Shown here: positions 48,753 through 58,380 of the stretch, one piece after another | How the letters are laid out: each line of letters opens with the position of its first letter | How positions within the stretch are numbered: the first letter of the stretch is position 1 | From: an uncultured Gemmatimonadales bacterium | GTDB taxonomy: Bacteria; Gemmatimonadota; Gemmatimonadetes; Gemmatimonadales; GWC2-71-9 | DNA: 64,000 nucleotides | NCBI GenBank assembly: GCA_963730185.1 | Contig: CAVSQW010000008.1 | Span: forward strand, 192,001 to 256,000 | Direction of reading: 5' to 3' | Program-made: the position numbers and the translations under genes | Notes under the pieces: generated by a model | Database searches by the model: none | What the model saw: the letters and a program-made list of their open reading frames with translations, nothing else | What the model was told of the DNA's origin: nothing

Positions 48753-48932
48753 CGGGGCACCCTGGTCGACGGCCTCCTGACCGCGCCGGATCCGCTGGCG
48801 CTCCGCGACCAGCTTGAGCGAGGGATTCGGCCTATCGACGCTCGAGTGTTGCCCTCGCGCTACATCGAGGTGAACCTCGCGGCCTTTCGGCTCACGGCCG
48901 TCGCCGCCCGGCGCGACTTCAGTCACGGCTAG
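48753..48932 (+). pseudogene. Possible remnant of a YcbB-type L,D-transpeptidase
   Basis: Open frame with no start codon at its 5' end: ..LVDGLLTAPDPLALRDQLE..LPSRYIEVNLAAFRL..*. Resembles the YcbB RYILVNIPAFRL strand. Confidence 0.35.
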
Positions 48933-49182
48933 CATCCGGGGGGGATAGGGCGGGGCTGACCCGCCTCGCTCTGCGGTTCTCCGGACCTCTATGGGTACGA
49001 CCGGGCGCTGGACGAAGGCCGCCGCGAGCCCTTCTCCCCGCGGGGTGGTTGACCTCTACCCGGGCCGTTGGCGCCCTGTCCCTGCGGTCCCTCCGCTCCC
49101 TCGCCCGTCCCCAGAAATTGTATTACTTTATCGTCTGTATACGAATATGCACACAAACGTGGACTCAAATCGACCAAGGGAA

Positions 49183-49590
49183 ATGACCGGCATCAAGGTT
49201 CCCCCTCGCCGCGGCTCCCGCCACGGCTCCGCCAAGCTCGACGAAGAGTTCGTCGCGCACGTGCGCCGCTCGGCGCATGAGATGGGGTACTACCCGGTCG
49301 CGCGGATCGCGCGGGCGAACGGGGTGACCTATCGCGCACTCAAGGACGCGCTGATCGGCAAGACCTACACCCACGTCGACCGGGTGGCGTCTCCCTTCCT
49401 GGGTCCGACCCGCAAGCCCTCGTCGGGCTGCGTTGTCCGGATCGACTCCGCTTCGACCCACGGGTGGCAGGCCCGGTTCCGGGGTCGTTCGAAGTTCTTC
49501 TCCGACGGCGTCCACGGCGACCAAGCCCTGCTCCAAGCCAAGACGTGGCTGGCCCGCCAGGCCGCCAACGCGCAGCTCCGTCCAGCCTAG
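49183..49590 (+). CDS. Small DNA-binding protein: HNH-associated-type HTH fused to an AP2-like domain
   Basis: RGSRHGSAKLDEEFV..IARANGVT..GKTYTHV followed by VVRIDSASTHGWQARF..KFFSDGVHG..AL.QAK.W. Alternative start at 49147. Confidence 0.62.
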   Translation: MTGIKVPPRRGSRHGSAKLDEEFVAHVRRSAHEMGYYPVARIARANGVTYRALKDALIGKTYTHVDRVASPFLGPTRKPSSGCVVRIDSASTHGWQARFRGRSKFFSDGVHGDQALLQAKTWLARQAANAQLRPA

Positions 49591-51953
49591 TCCGCGGCGC
49601 CCGTCGGATCGGGCATGATGGTGCCGATGGCCGGGGGCAGGGCGACGTTCGCCGCATCGCCGTGGCCGTTCGGTCGCCGCAGATCGGCCAGCGCGCCCCG
49701 CACCCGGTCCGATAGCCGGCGCTCCTCCCGGAGCAGCTCGATCAGGGTTTCGATCCGCCGGGACTCGAGCGGGAGGGCCGCCGCCTTGTCGAAGAGGTGG
49801 TCGACCTCGGCCTTCTGCGCCACCAACGTCTCCAACGCCGCCCGCAGGTCGCCGAGCAAGGCATCGGCGTAGGCCAGCCGCTCTTCGGCCGCCGCCAGCT
49901 GGCGTTGCCGGGCGTCGAGCGTGCCCCCCAGCGTGTCGGCTTCCTGCACCCGAGCCAGGAGTCGATCGAGCTCGGCCCGGGCCTGGGCGAGCTCCGGCTC
50001 GGCCTGAGTCAAGGCTCGCACGTTGACGAGCACCTGTTCCGAGAGTCCGTGAAGTCCTCGAATCTCCGCTTCCAGGCTGGCGATCCCGGCCCGCCGGGCG
50101 ACCGCGCTCTCCATGGCGCGGGCCAGCTGCTGTTCCAGGCCCCGCCATTCCACCAGACGGGCTTCGAAGCCGGTGATCCGGTCCTGGATGGTTCCCAGGC
50201 CGGCGATCTTGAGATCGAGCTCCCGAGTGCGCCCGTCGAGGGTGCCGACCCGCTCGTCCGCCCGGGCCAGCTGATCCTGGACCTCGCGGGTTCGCTGCGC
50301 CAGCGTCTCGGCCACGTCGGACGCCTCGGCCCGGAGGGTGGTGGCCCGGTCCAGGTGCTCGGCGGCCTGCCGGAGCGCCTCTTCCCGGCCGGCCACGTCG
50401 CGACCGAGCCGCTCGATCCGATCGGCGAGCGCTTCGAGGCCGCCGGTCCGTCGTTCCACGGCGCTCGTCGCGCCGTCGGCGGCCTTGACCCGTTGTTCGA
50501 GCGCTCGGGCGTCGGCAGCGAGGGTGTCGAGCTCGGCCTCCATCCGCGCCACCGTCTCGAGGCGGGGCAGCAGCTCGTCGACCCGCGTTTCCACGGTCGC
50601 CAGGTCGTCCCGGGTCCGGTCGAGCGAGGCGCGACCGTCCTGGATCTCGTCCAACGCCTGGCGGATGGCGTCTCGCCCGCCGGCGACGGCGGCGAGATCG
50701 CGCACGGCGTCGTCGAGGGTCGGCCGGGCTGCGTCGATCTGGGCCATCTGCTGGCTCAACCCGTCGAGGGTGGCCTGGAGGCGGTTGGCGTCGTCCCAGC
50801 CGGCCTTGGCACGGCTTGCCAGCTCGGAGACTTGGGCCAGGTCGGCCGCCACCTTCGAGACCTGGGCCGCAACGGCCTCGGCCTCCGCCGCCGAGGGCGC
50901 GAGGGTCTCCAGCCGCTCGGCGGTCTCGGCCAGGCGGGCGTCGGTGTCGCTCACGGCGCTGCGAAGGGCGGCCGTCCGGTCGGTCACCTGTTCGACACTC
51001 CGCCGCTCACTTGCCAGCAGCTCGGCTTGACGGCTCAGTTGGGCGTCGATCTCGTGCAGTCGGCGGCCCGCGTCCGACTGTCCCTTCTCGATGGTCTCGA
51101 GGCGGGTCCGGCTGGCGTCGGCCCGGGCGGCCTGGTCGACCTGCCGGGTGCCGGCCGCGTCGACCGCGGCGCCGAGCTCCGCGACCTGGCGGGCCAGCGC
51201 GGTTTGCCGCTCGATGCCGGCCTCCGCCTGCGCCATCATCGTGGTCAGCCGGTCGAGCGTCACGACGGCCCGATCGATCCCGTCCCGCTGCTGTTCGAGC
51301 ACCGCGACCTTCTGGCCCAGCTGGTCGGCCGCGGCGCGCGCGGCGCCGAGCTGTCGCTTCGTTTGCGCGATGGCCTCGGCGGTGGGGCCGAGGTCCATGG
51401 AGAGTTGCTCCAGGCCGGAGAGCCGGTTGTCGAGCTCGGCCACCCGGCGGGTGGCCCGGGTCCAGTCGGCGTGGAACGACTCGAGCTGCGCGGTCGCCGC
51501 CTGGTGCTGTCCGACGGTGGTTTCGTGCTGGGTCCGGAGCGTTGCGAGGTCGGCTTGGTGGCGCTCCAGCTGCTCGGTCAGGGTCAGGGCCTCGCCCTGC
51601 AGGGCGCGGAAGGGGCTCTCCAGTGCCAGAAACCCGTCGAGGTCGGTCTTGAGGGCCAGGGCCCGGTCGAGCGACTCGGTCAGGGTGGCGACCTGCTCGG
51701 CGAGTCGATCAGTGGCGGCGCGGGATTCGTCGAGCCGGCCGGCCAGCTCGGTCACCACCTCGAGCCTGGTCTCGGCCGCGGAGAGGCGGGCCGCCATGGC
51801 GTCGAGCTGCTCGAGCTGTTGGATCGATCGGTCGGCGTGCTGGACGAGGAGCTCGAGGTTGCCGCGGCGGGACTCGAGCTTGGCCGACATCTCGTCGAGG
51901 CGGGCGAGGTCGCGCGCGGGATCGCGGCGAAGGTTCTTGAGGAAAGACGCCAT
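49587..51953 (-). CDS. Long coiled-coil protein (788 aa)
   Basis: Continuous A/L/E/R/Q heptads; no Walker motif or TM segment seen. Confidence 0.8.
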   Translation of the reverse strand: MASFLKNLRRDPARDLARLDEMSAKLESRRGNLELLVQHADRSIQQLEQLDAMAARLSAAETRLEVVTELAGRLDESRAATDRLAEQVATLTESLDRALALKTDLDGFLALESPFRALQGEALTLTEQLERHQADLATLRTQHETTVGQHQAATAQLESFHADWTRATRRVAELDNRLSGLEQLSMDLGPTAEAIAQTKRQLGAARAAADQLGQKVAVLEQQRDGIDRAVVTLDRLTTMMAQAEAGIERQTALARQVAELGAAVDAAGTRQVDQAARADASRTRLETIEKGQSDAGRRLHEIDAQLSRQAELLASERRSVEQVTDRTAALRSAVSDTDARLAETAERLETLAPSAAEAEAVAAQVSKVAADLAQVSELASRAKAGWDDANRLQATLDGLSQQMAQIDAARPTLDDAVRDLAAVAGGRDAIRQALDEIQDGRASLDRTRDDLATVETRVDELLPRLETVARMEAELDTLAADARALEQRVKAADGATSAVERRTGGLEALADRIERLGRDVAGREEALRQAAEHLDRATTLRAEASDVAETLAQRTREVQDQLARADERVGTLDGRTRELDLKIAGLGTIQDRITGFEARLVEWRGLEQQLARAMESAVARRAGIASLEAEIRGLHGLSEQVLVNVRALTQAEPELAQARAELDRLLARVQEADTLGGTLDARQRQLAAAEERLAYADALLGDLRAALETLVAQKAEVDHLFDKAAALPLESRRIETLIELLREERRLSDRVRGALADLRRPNGHGDAANVALPPAIGTIMPDPTGAAD

Positions 51954-52206
51954 CGATGCTGTCCCCCGCGCAAGAGTCGGCAGTGTCCGGAAAGACGGCT
52001 GGCACGCGCCGCGAATCGCGAGGTGAAATGCAAGGTTGAGGCCGGTGGGCGCGGCCGGATCGGTCGGGGGGACAACCGGCGGCGGCGCACTGCGATAGAT
52101 TGGGGGGCCGAACCACGGCCGACCACCCGGGTGGTGGGGGCCGGGACAGGCATTTCGCGGTCCGGTTTGGTATCGTCAACGCATGAATGTCGAGATTTCG
52201 AGGGCC

Positions 52207-52884
52207 ATGCCACGTTCTTCGATCGGTCTGGGAGTGGCGCTGCTGGTGGCGGCGTCCGGGTGCAAGTCGAGCTCCACCACGAATCCCACGACGGATCCGC
52301 CGAACGTCGTCGAGGTCGTCTCCGGCGACGGTCAGTCCGTCGTGGTGCATGAGCCGGCCGCCGAACCGTTGGTGGTGAGGGTGACCGATGGCACCGGCGG
52401 GCCGGTGGCCGGCGTGACGGTCGGCTTCGTGCCCGGCATCGGCGGGAGCTTCTCCACCCCGGTGGCGACCGATGCCGACGGGCGGACGACCTCGACCTTC
52501 ACCGCGTCGTCCCGGGCTGGGGTCGATACCATCCGGGCCTCCGCCCCGACGTCGACGACGAAGGCCGTGTTCGTGTTCACGATCCTGCCAGGTCCGGCCG
52601 CTGGGCTCCGGAAGCTGGCCGGCGACGGACAGGTCGCGCCGCCCGGCACGACCCTGAGCTATCCGTTCGTGGTGGACGTGAAGGATGCCGACGCGAACAA
52701 CTTGCAGGACGTGGCGGTGACCTGGACCACCGCGGCGGGAACGCTGAGCGCCACCGCCACGCCGACCGACTCGACCGGCCAGGCGCAGACGGTGCTCACC
52801 CTTCCGGCCACGGCCGGGACCTTCAAGATCACGGCCCACGTCGACGGGCTGGCCGACGTGACGTTCACGGCCTTCGCCCGGTAG
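52207..52884 (+). CDS. Lipoprotein with two bacterial Ig-like (Big_1/invasin-type) domains
   Basis: Lipobox AASGC; two repeats of SGDGQ/AGDGQ..VxVxD..VAGVTV..TDxxG. Confidence 0.8.
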   Translation: MPRSSIGLGVALLVAASGCKSSSTTNPTTDPPNVVEVVSGDGQSVVVHEPAAEPLVVRVTDGTGGPVAGVTVGFVPGIGGSFSTPVATDADGRTTSTFTASSRAGVDTIRASAPTSTTKAVFVFTILPGPAAGLRKLAGDGQVAPPGTTLSYPFVVDVKDADANNLQDVAVTWTTAAGTLSATATPTDSTGQAQTVLTLPATAGTFKITAHVDGLADVTFTAFAR

Positions 52885-52887
52885 CGT

Positions 52888-53727
52888 CTACTCCGGAAAC
52901 ACCTGCTGGAACAGCTTGAGCATCGCCGCCCAGGACTGCTGGTCCGCCTGGGCGTCGTACCCGAGCTGCGACATGCCGACGCTGTCGGCGTGCGGGTTGG
53001 TGAAGCTGTGCTTGACGCCGGGGTAGGTGATGACCTGCACGTCGGCGCCCGCGGCCTCCATCTCCTTCCGGAAGCTCTCCACCTGCTCGGCCGGCACGAA
53101 CGGATCGGCCCCACCGGTCTGCACCAGAATCCGCGCCTTGACCGCCCCTGAGTCGACCGGGCCGAGGCCGGCCAGGGCTCCGTGAAACGTGGCGACGGCC
53201 GCGAGGTCGGCGCCGGCCCGGGCCATCCCGAGCACCACGGCGCCGCCGAAGCAGTAGCCGATGGCGGCGACCCTGGTCGAATCCACGTGCGGGTCCCGCT
53301 TGAGCTGATCGAGCGCGGCGTTGAACCGGGCGGCCACCACGGCCGGGTCCTTGGTCGCTTCCTGCGCGAAAGCCTGGGCGCTGTCCGGGTGAACCGTGAC
53401 CTTGCCGTCGCCGTACATGTCGAGGGCGAACCCGACGTAGCCGGCCTCGGCCAGCCGGCGGGCCTGGTGTCGGGCGTGGTCGTTCAATCCCCACCACTCG
53501 TGAACGACCAACACCCCGGGGCGCTTGCCCGGAGCGTTCGCGTCCCAGGCCACGAAGCCGTGCAGTCGGGTGTTGCCGACTTGGTAGTCGAGCTCCCGGG
53601 TCTGCACGTCGGGCGCGGCCACGGCGGCGGCCGACGCCTCCCCGGTCTTGGCCCCCTCCGTCTTGCAGGACGCCAGGGTGGTCGCGGTCAGGGCGAGAGT
53701 GAGCAACGTCGAACCGGGACGGGGCAT
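52888..53727 (-). CDS. Dienelactone hydrolase family lipoprotein
   Basis: VHEWWGLN, GYCFGG, DPFVP and HSFTNP; lipobox LASC. Confidence 0.9.
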   Translation of the reverse strand: MPRPGSTLLTLALTATTLASCKTEGAKTGEASAAAVAAPDVQTRELDYQVGNTRLHGFVAWDANAPGKRPGVLVVHEWWGLNDHARHQARRLAEAGYVGFALDMYGDGKVTVHPDSAQAFAQEATKDPAVVAARFNAALDQLKRDPHVDSTRVAAIGYCFGGAVVLGMARAGADLAAVATFHGALAGLGPVDSGAVKARILVQTGGADPFVPAEQVESFRKEMEAAGADVQVITYPGVKHSFTNPHADSVGMSQLGYDAQADQQSWAAMLKLFQQVFPE

Positions 53728-53882
53728 GGCGGCGCTCCAGGAAAGGGTCGTCGTCGGGGTTGATCGGCGGGGGGCACGGCGCCGGGGCGTCGAACCGGTC
53801 CACCGGATGAATTGGTCGATCCCTGAAAATAGCGCGGATGGTGAGGATGCCAGAGCGGGCGCGGGCCGTCGCGGGGCCGGGG

Positions 53883-54575
53883 TCAGTCGCCGGGCGCGAC
53901 CATCGGCTCGGTTTCGGAGGGTCTCGGCCGGCGGTGGCCGGGCTTGGGGTCGAGGGGGCTGTAGACCGCGATTCCCAGGGCCGCCCAGCCGGTTCCCGCC
54001 AGCAGCGCTCCGATCACGTCGCTCGGATAGTGCACGGCCAGGTACACTCGCGAGATCGCGATGGCTAGCGCCAGCGCGAGGCCGGCGCCCGTGGCCAGAG
54101 CCGCGACCCAGCGCGGGCCCGGCCGGGCCAGGAGCAGCGCCCCGAGTCCGAACACCAGGGGCGCCAACATCGCGTGGCCGGAGGGATAGGAGTAGCCCCC
54201 GGCGCTGTCGAGATGAGGCAGGACCGCCGGCCGCGGACGTCCGAAGGCCTGTTTGAGGAGCAGGTTGAGCGCCCAGCCGGAGAGTACGGTCACCAGGTAG
54301 CAGCGCGACGCGATCCGGTCGCCGCGGCGGCGGAGCAGCCAGGCGACCAGCAGCCCGCTCGGGATCGCGATGGCCCCCGCCCCGATCGCGCTCAGGACTC
54401 CCATCCAGCCCGTGAGCGTGTCCGTTCGGAGCCCGGCTACGCGCTCGAGGATTCGCTCGTCCCAGGCCGTGAGCGCCCCGCCCAGGGCCAGGCGCCCCAA
54501 CCCGCCCACCACGAAGAAGGAGAGCAGAACGCCGGCGAGGAGCCAGGCGCGCACGCGGGGATCACGGGTGAGCAT
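53883..54575 (-). CDS. PAP2-family membrane phosphatase
   Basis: KQAFGRPRP, YPSGH and SRVYLAVHYPSDV. Confidence 0.9.
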   Translation of the reverse strand: MLTRDPRVRAWLLAGVLLSFFVVGGLGRLALGGALTAWDERILERVAGLRTDTLTGWMGVLSAIGAGAIAIPSGLLVAWLLRRRGDRIASRCYLVTVLSGWALNLLLKQAFGRPRPAVLPHLDSAGGYSYPSGHAMLAPLVFGLGALLLARPGPRWVAALATGAGLALALAIAISRVYLAVHYPSDVIGALLAGTGWAALGIAVYSPLDPKPGHRRPRPSETEPMVAPGD

Positions 54576-54741
54576 GGACGCAATGTCGCCCCCAAGGCGA
54601 CCGCATCGCCACGGTCGGGACCGGCCGCGCCGAGGAGAGCCGTCGTCGGCCGGCCCGGCCGGCTGAAACCAGGCGGGCGGGCTCGGCGTCGGGACAAGAA
54701 GAGATGTTACCGAATGCAACGCCAGCCGACGGGAGGATGGA

Positions 54742-55221
54742 GTGAACGGACTTACTTTGATGGTGTTGTCCGGGCTGATGGTGGGCGGGGGCCCGGCCAG
54801 CAGCCCGACGATCGATCTCAACCGGGCCACGGTCGACGAACTGTTGGCCTTTCCCGGGATCGGACGCCTCTACGCACACAAGATCGTGGAGGCTCGGCCG
54901 TTCGTGGCCCGAAGCGAGCTGGTCTCGCGCGACGTGATCCCGGTCTCCGTCTACCTGGCCATCAAGAGCCGCCTCTACGTGACCCGGCCGGCGGCGGCGG
55001 GAGCGGAGGCGGGGCCGGTGGTGCCGTTGCCGCCGGGCACGCTGGATCTCAACCGGGCGTCGCGGGATCGGTTGCTGGCGGTGCCGGGGATCGGGATGCG
55101 GTACGCCGATCGGATCATCGCCGGCCGACCGTATCGGACCGAGCTCGAGCTGGTGGCCCGGCGGATCGTGCCGCTGACCGCCTTCGAGAAGATCCAGGGC
55201 TTCCTCGTGGCTCGCCGTTAG
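54742..55221 (+). CDS. ComEA-like protein with two helix-hairpin-helix domains
   Basis: IDLNRATVDELLAFPGIG and LDLNRASRDRLLAVPGIG..IIAGRPY. Confidence 0.85.
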   Translation: MNGLTLMVLSGLMVGGGPASSPTIDLNRATVDELLAFPGIGRLYAHKIVEARPFVARSELVSRDVIPVSVYLAIKSRLYVTRPAAAGAEAGPVVPLPPGTLDLNRASRDRLLAVPGIGMRYADRIIAGRPYRTELELVARRIVPLTAFEKIQGFLVARR

Positions 55222-55336
55222 GCAGACGGGGTGCGGGCCGGTCCGTCGGGGGCCGGCCCAGCCGGGCCCAGGGGTCGCGCTCGCCCCGAGGGCCCGGGCG
55301 GTGCTAGGTTCCAGCCTTCTCGAGCGAATTCGACGA

Positions 55337-56593
55337 GTGATCAACGGAATTCTGGAGCTCACGGACCGCGGTGTCGGTCACCTCCGCCGGCGGGAAGCCG
55401 GCTACGCGCCCGAGGCGGGCGACCTCCGGGTCGACGACCGCGTCATCCGCGCGCTCGGTCTCCGGTCCGGCGACGAGATCGTCGGCGAGCTCGGGGACGG
55501 CAGTGCCGTTCCCGAGCCGGGGCCGGCGGCCGAGGCGGACGGCGAGCGAGGGCAGGGCCGAAGCCGGCGCGGCCGGGGGCGGAACCGCCGTCGGCGGGGC
55601 GGTGATCGGAGCGGCGGTCGCGGCGAGGGCTCGCGGGGCGGCGGCGGACCGGCGCTGGTGCGGGTCGTCTCGATCAACGGCCGCAAGCCGGAGGAGCTGG
55701 GCGAGCGCCGCCAGTGGGACCGGCTCGGGGCCGTGCACCCGAACGAGCAGCTCCGCCTCGAGTGCCCCCTGATCCGTCGGGGCCAGCCGGACTACACCAC
55801 CCGGGTCATCGATCTGCTCTGTCCGCTCGGCAAGGGGCAGCGAGCTCTGGTGGTGGCTCCCGCCAAGGCGGGCAAGACGATGGTTCTCCAAGCGATCGCC
55901 GAGGGCATCCTCACCAACAATCCCACCGCGACCGTATTCATCCTGCTGGTCGACGAGCGGCCGGAGGAGGTCTTCGAGATGGAGGCCGCCGGCTTCGGGG
56001 AGGTGGTGGCTTCGAGCTTCGATCACCCGCCCGCCCGTCACGTGGCCTGTGCCGAGCTGCTGCTCGAGCGGGCCCGGCGCCGGGTCGAGCTGGGCGAGGA
56101 CGTGGTCTTGATCGTCGACTCGATCACCCGCCTGGCTCGGGCCTACAACGCGGTCGTGAAGGGCACCGGCCGCACCCTCTCGGGCGGGCTCGACGCCCAG
56201 TCCCTCGAGCGCCCCAAGCGCTTTCTCGGCAGCGCCCGAAAGGTCGATGCCGGGCAGGGAGGCGGCTCGCTCACCATCATCGCCACGGCGCTGATCGATA
56301 CTGGCAGCCGGATGGATCAGCTGATCTTCGAGGAGTTCAAGGGCACCGGCAACAGCGAGCTGGTGCTGAGCCGCGATCTGGCCGATCGCCGGGTGTTCCC
56401 GGCCATCGACATCGTCGCGAGCGGCACCCGCCGCGAGGAGCTGTTGCTCTCGGAGGAGGCCCTTGGCGTGGCTCGGCAGATCCGGCAGCGGATCGGCAGG
56501 CAGACCCCGCTGGCGGCGATGAACGACCTGCTCGTCGATCTCAAGCGGAGCCGCTCCAACGCCGAGCTGATTGCGCAGCTGGCCGGCCGCTGA
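55337..56593 (+). CDS. rho: Transcription termination factor Rho, atypical short form
   Basis: PLGKGQRALVVAPAKAGKT, LVDERPEEV, DSITRLARAYN, TLSGG, FEEFKGTGNSE and SGTRREE. Confidence 0.92.
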   Translation: MINGILELTDRGVGHLRRREAGYAPEAGDLRVDDRVIRALGLRSGDEIVGELGDGSAVPEPGPAAEADGERGQGRSRRGRGRNRRRRGGDRSGGRGEGSRGGGGPALVRVVSINGRKPEELGERRQWDRLGAVHPNEQLRLECPLIRRGQPDYTTRVIDLLCPLGKGQRALVVAPAKAGKTMVLQAIAEGILTNNPTATVFILLVDERPEEVFEMEAAGFGEVVASSFDHPPARHVACAELLLERARRRVELGEDVVLIVDSITRLARAYNAVVKGTGRTLSGGLDAQSLERPKRFLGSARKVDAGQGGGSLTIIATALIDTGSRMDQLIFEEFKGTGNSELVLSRDLADRRVFPAIDIVASGTRREELLLSEEALGVARQIRQRIGRQTPLAAMNDLLVDLKRSRSNAELIAQLAGR

Positions 56594-56726
56594 GCCGGGG
56601 CGGTCGCCTTCCGGCGGGTTCGGGCGTATACTCTCAGCCGGGGCGCATCTCTGGCGGTCGCGATGGTGGCGACTCACGGGACGGGTGCGCTGCTTCACCG
56701 GATTCAGAACTCAGCCTCAGAGCGCC

Positions 56727-57518
56727 ATGTCTCCTCTCTCGCGCGGCCTGGGCCCGGGTCAGCACGACTCTCACCGGCTCTTTCTGGCCGCTCTTCCCGC
56801 CATTCGGCGAATCATCGGCGTCCTGGCTCGTCGTTACGACCTCGAGCCCGCCGACGCGGAAGACTTCGCCTCCTGGAGCGTCGTCCGGCTGCTCGACGAC
56901 GACTGCGCCATCCTCCGGCGGTTTCACGGTCGGAGCGCGCTCGCCACCTACCTGATGGCGGTGATCTGCAACCTGTTCCGGGATTATCGGAACGCGCAGT
57001 GGGGCCGCTGGCGCCCGTCGGCGGCGGCCCGCCGCCTCGGACCGTTAGGCATCGAGCTGGACCGGCTGATCAATCGCGACGGGATCGGCGAGGAGCAGGC
57101 TGCCCGGCTCCTGGCAGAAGCCCGGCGCGGACCCGAGGCCGAGCTCCGGCGGTTGGCTCGCTCGCTGCCCCGCCGGGTCCGCCGTCGCGAGGTCGGACCG
57201 GGGGCGCTCCCGCTCGCGGTGGCGGCGGAGACGGCCGACGACCGGATCGATCGCGAAGAGGCCGAGCGGGCCCGGGCCCGGGCGCTGGAGGCGATGCGGA
57301 CCGTGATCGGCGCGCTGCCGCTCGAGGAGCGCCGGATTCTCCAGATGCGATACTGGGAAGGCCGTTCGATCGCCGACGTGGCCCGGGCGCTCCACTTGGA
57401 GCAGAAGCCGCTCTACCGGCGGCTCGAGTCGATTCAACGGCGCCTCCACCAGGCCCTGCTCGCCCTGGGCGTCGACCGGAGCTGCGCCGCCCTGGCGCTG
57501 GAGCTCGATCGGGCCTGA
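56727..57518 (+). CDS. Atypical sigma70/ECF-like sigma factor
   Basis: Region 2: DAEDF..RFHGRSALATYL..NLFRDY. Region 4: LPLEERRILQMRYWEGRSIADVARAL. Extended linker WGRWRPSAAARRLG. Confidence 0.85.
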   Translation: MSPLSRGLGPGQHDSHRLFLAALPAIRRIIGVLARRYDLEPADAEDFASWSVVRLLDDDCAILRRFHGRSALATYLMAVICNLFRDYRNAQWGRWRPSAAARRLGPLGIELDRLINRDGIGEEQAARLLAEARRGPEAELRRLARSLPRRVRRREVGPGALPLAVAAETADDRIDREEAERARARALEAMRTVIGALPLEERRILQMRYWEGRSIADVARALHLEQKPLYRRLESIQRRLHQALLALGVDRSCAALALELDRA

Positions 57519-57654
57519 CGCCTGAGGCCGCGGGCGCGGCCGCCGTCGCTTCGGGAACGGCCACCCCTCGACCTCGAATCCCTCCACCTCGAATTCCGCC
57601 ACCAGCGGCCGACCCGCTCTATGCCGGCGGGCGGCCGTTCGTTAGGCGATCTCG

Positions 57655-58380
57655 TCAGGGAAGAGGGCGGATCCTGATGTTTCGGTACGCCACCCGATCG
57701 CCGTGGTCCTGGAGGCCGATCACCCCCTCGGCGGCCTGGCCGTACTCCGGCCACTCGTGGAACTTGGACCGGGCGACCCGGGCGGTCCAATCGGGGCTCT
57801 TGAGCTGGTACGACACCATCAGCCGGCCGTTGAGCCAGTGCTCCACCTGGTCGCCCCGGACCTCGATCCAGACCGTGTTCCACTGGCCGGCCGGATGGAC
57901 CACGCCCCGGGGGGCGGGGTAGAGACCGTAGTCGGATCCGGCCGAGGTGAGCGGCGACTTGCCGTCGGGGTGGCGGGCGTCGTCGAGCACCTGCATCTCC
58001 GGCGCGCTGAAATAGAGGGCCCGGGCCTCGGGGTCGGCTGCCTCGACGCCCCGATACATGATCCCGCTGTTCCCGCCCGGCGCGATCTTCCAGTCGAGCC
58101 GGAGCTCGAAGTTCCGGAAGGTCCGGTCGGTGACGATGTCGCCGCCCGGCGCCTCCCGGGTCAGGGCCCCGTCGACGATCTTCCAGCCGGCCGGCATCGG
58201 CTTGTGTCCGTAACCGTGCCAGCCGGCCGTGGACCGGCCGTCGAAGAGCAGCTGCCAGCCGGCCGCTTTCTCGGCCGGCGTGAGGGCATTCTGGGCGCTC
58301 TGCGCGAGGAGAGCGGGGGCGGCGGCGAACAGGATCGCGACGGCGATCCCGGAGGTGCGTGGCATGATCAGACGCTCCAT
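57655..58380 (-). CDS. DUF1080 (3-keto-glycoside hydrolase/hydratase-like) secreted protein
   Basis: WQLLFDG, GGNSG, EMQVLD, GQWN and IGLQDHG..YRNIRIR. Confidence 0.9.
   Translation of the reverse strand: MERLIMPRTSGIAVAILFAAAPALLAQSAQNALTPAEKAAGWQLLFDGRSTAGWHGYGHKPMPAGWKIVDGALTREAPGGDIVTDRTFRNFELRLDWKIAPGGNSGIMYRGVEAADPEARALYFSAPEMQVLDDARHPDGKSPLTSAGSDYGLYPAPRGVVHPAGQWNTVWIEVRGDQVEHWLNGRLMVSYQLKSPDWTARVARSKFHEWPEYGQAAEGVIGLQDHGDRVAYRNIRIRPLP

Noticed and set aside
49183..51953. Prophage (HNH-type module plus tape-measure-like coiled coil)
   Set aside because: No integrase, terminase, capsid or tail genes, and no att-like repeats seen.
57560..57602. Short repeat CCTCGAATCCCTCCACCTCGAATTCC and the minus-strand ORF 57045-57602
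   Set aside because: Only about two imperfect units, and the ORF is antisense to the sigma factor gene.
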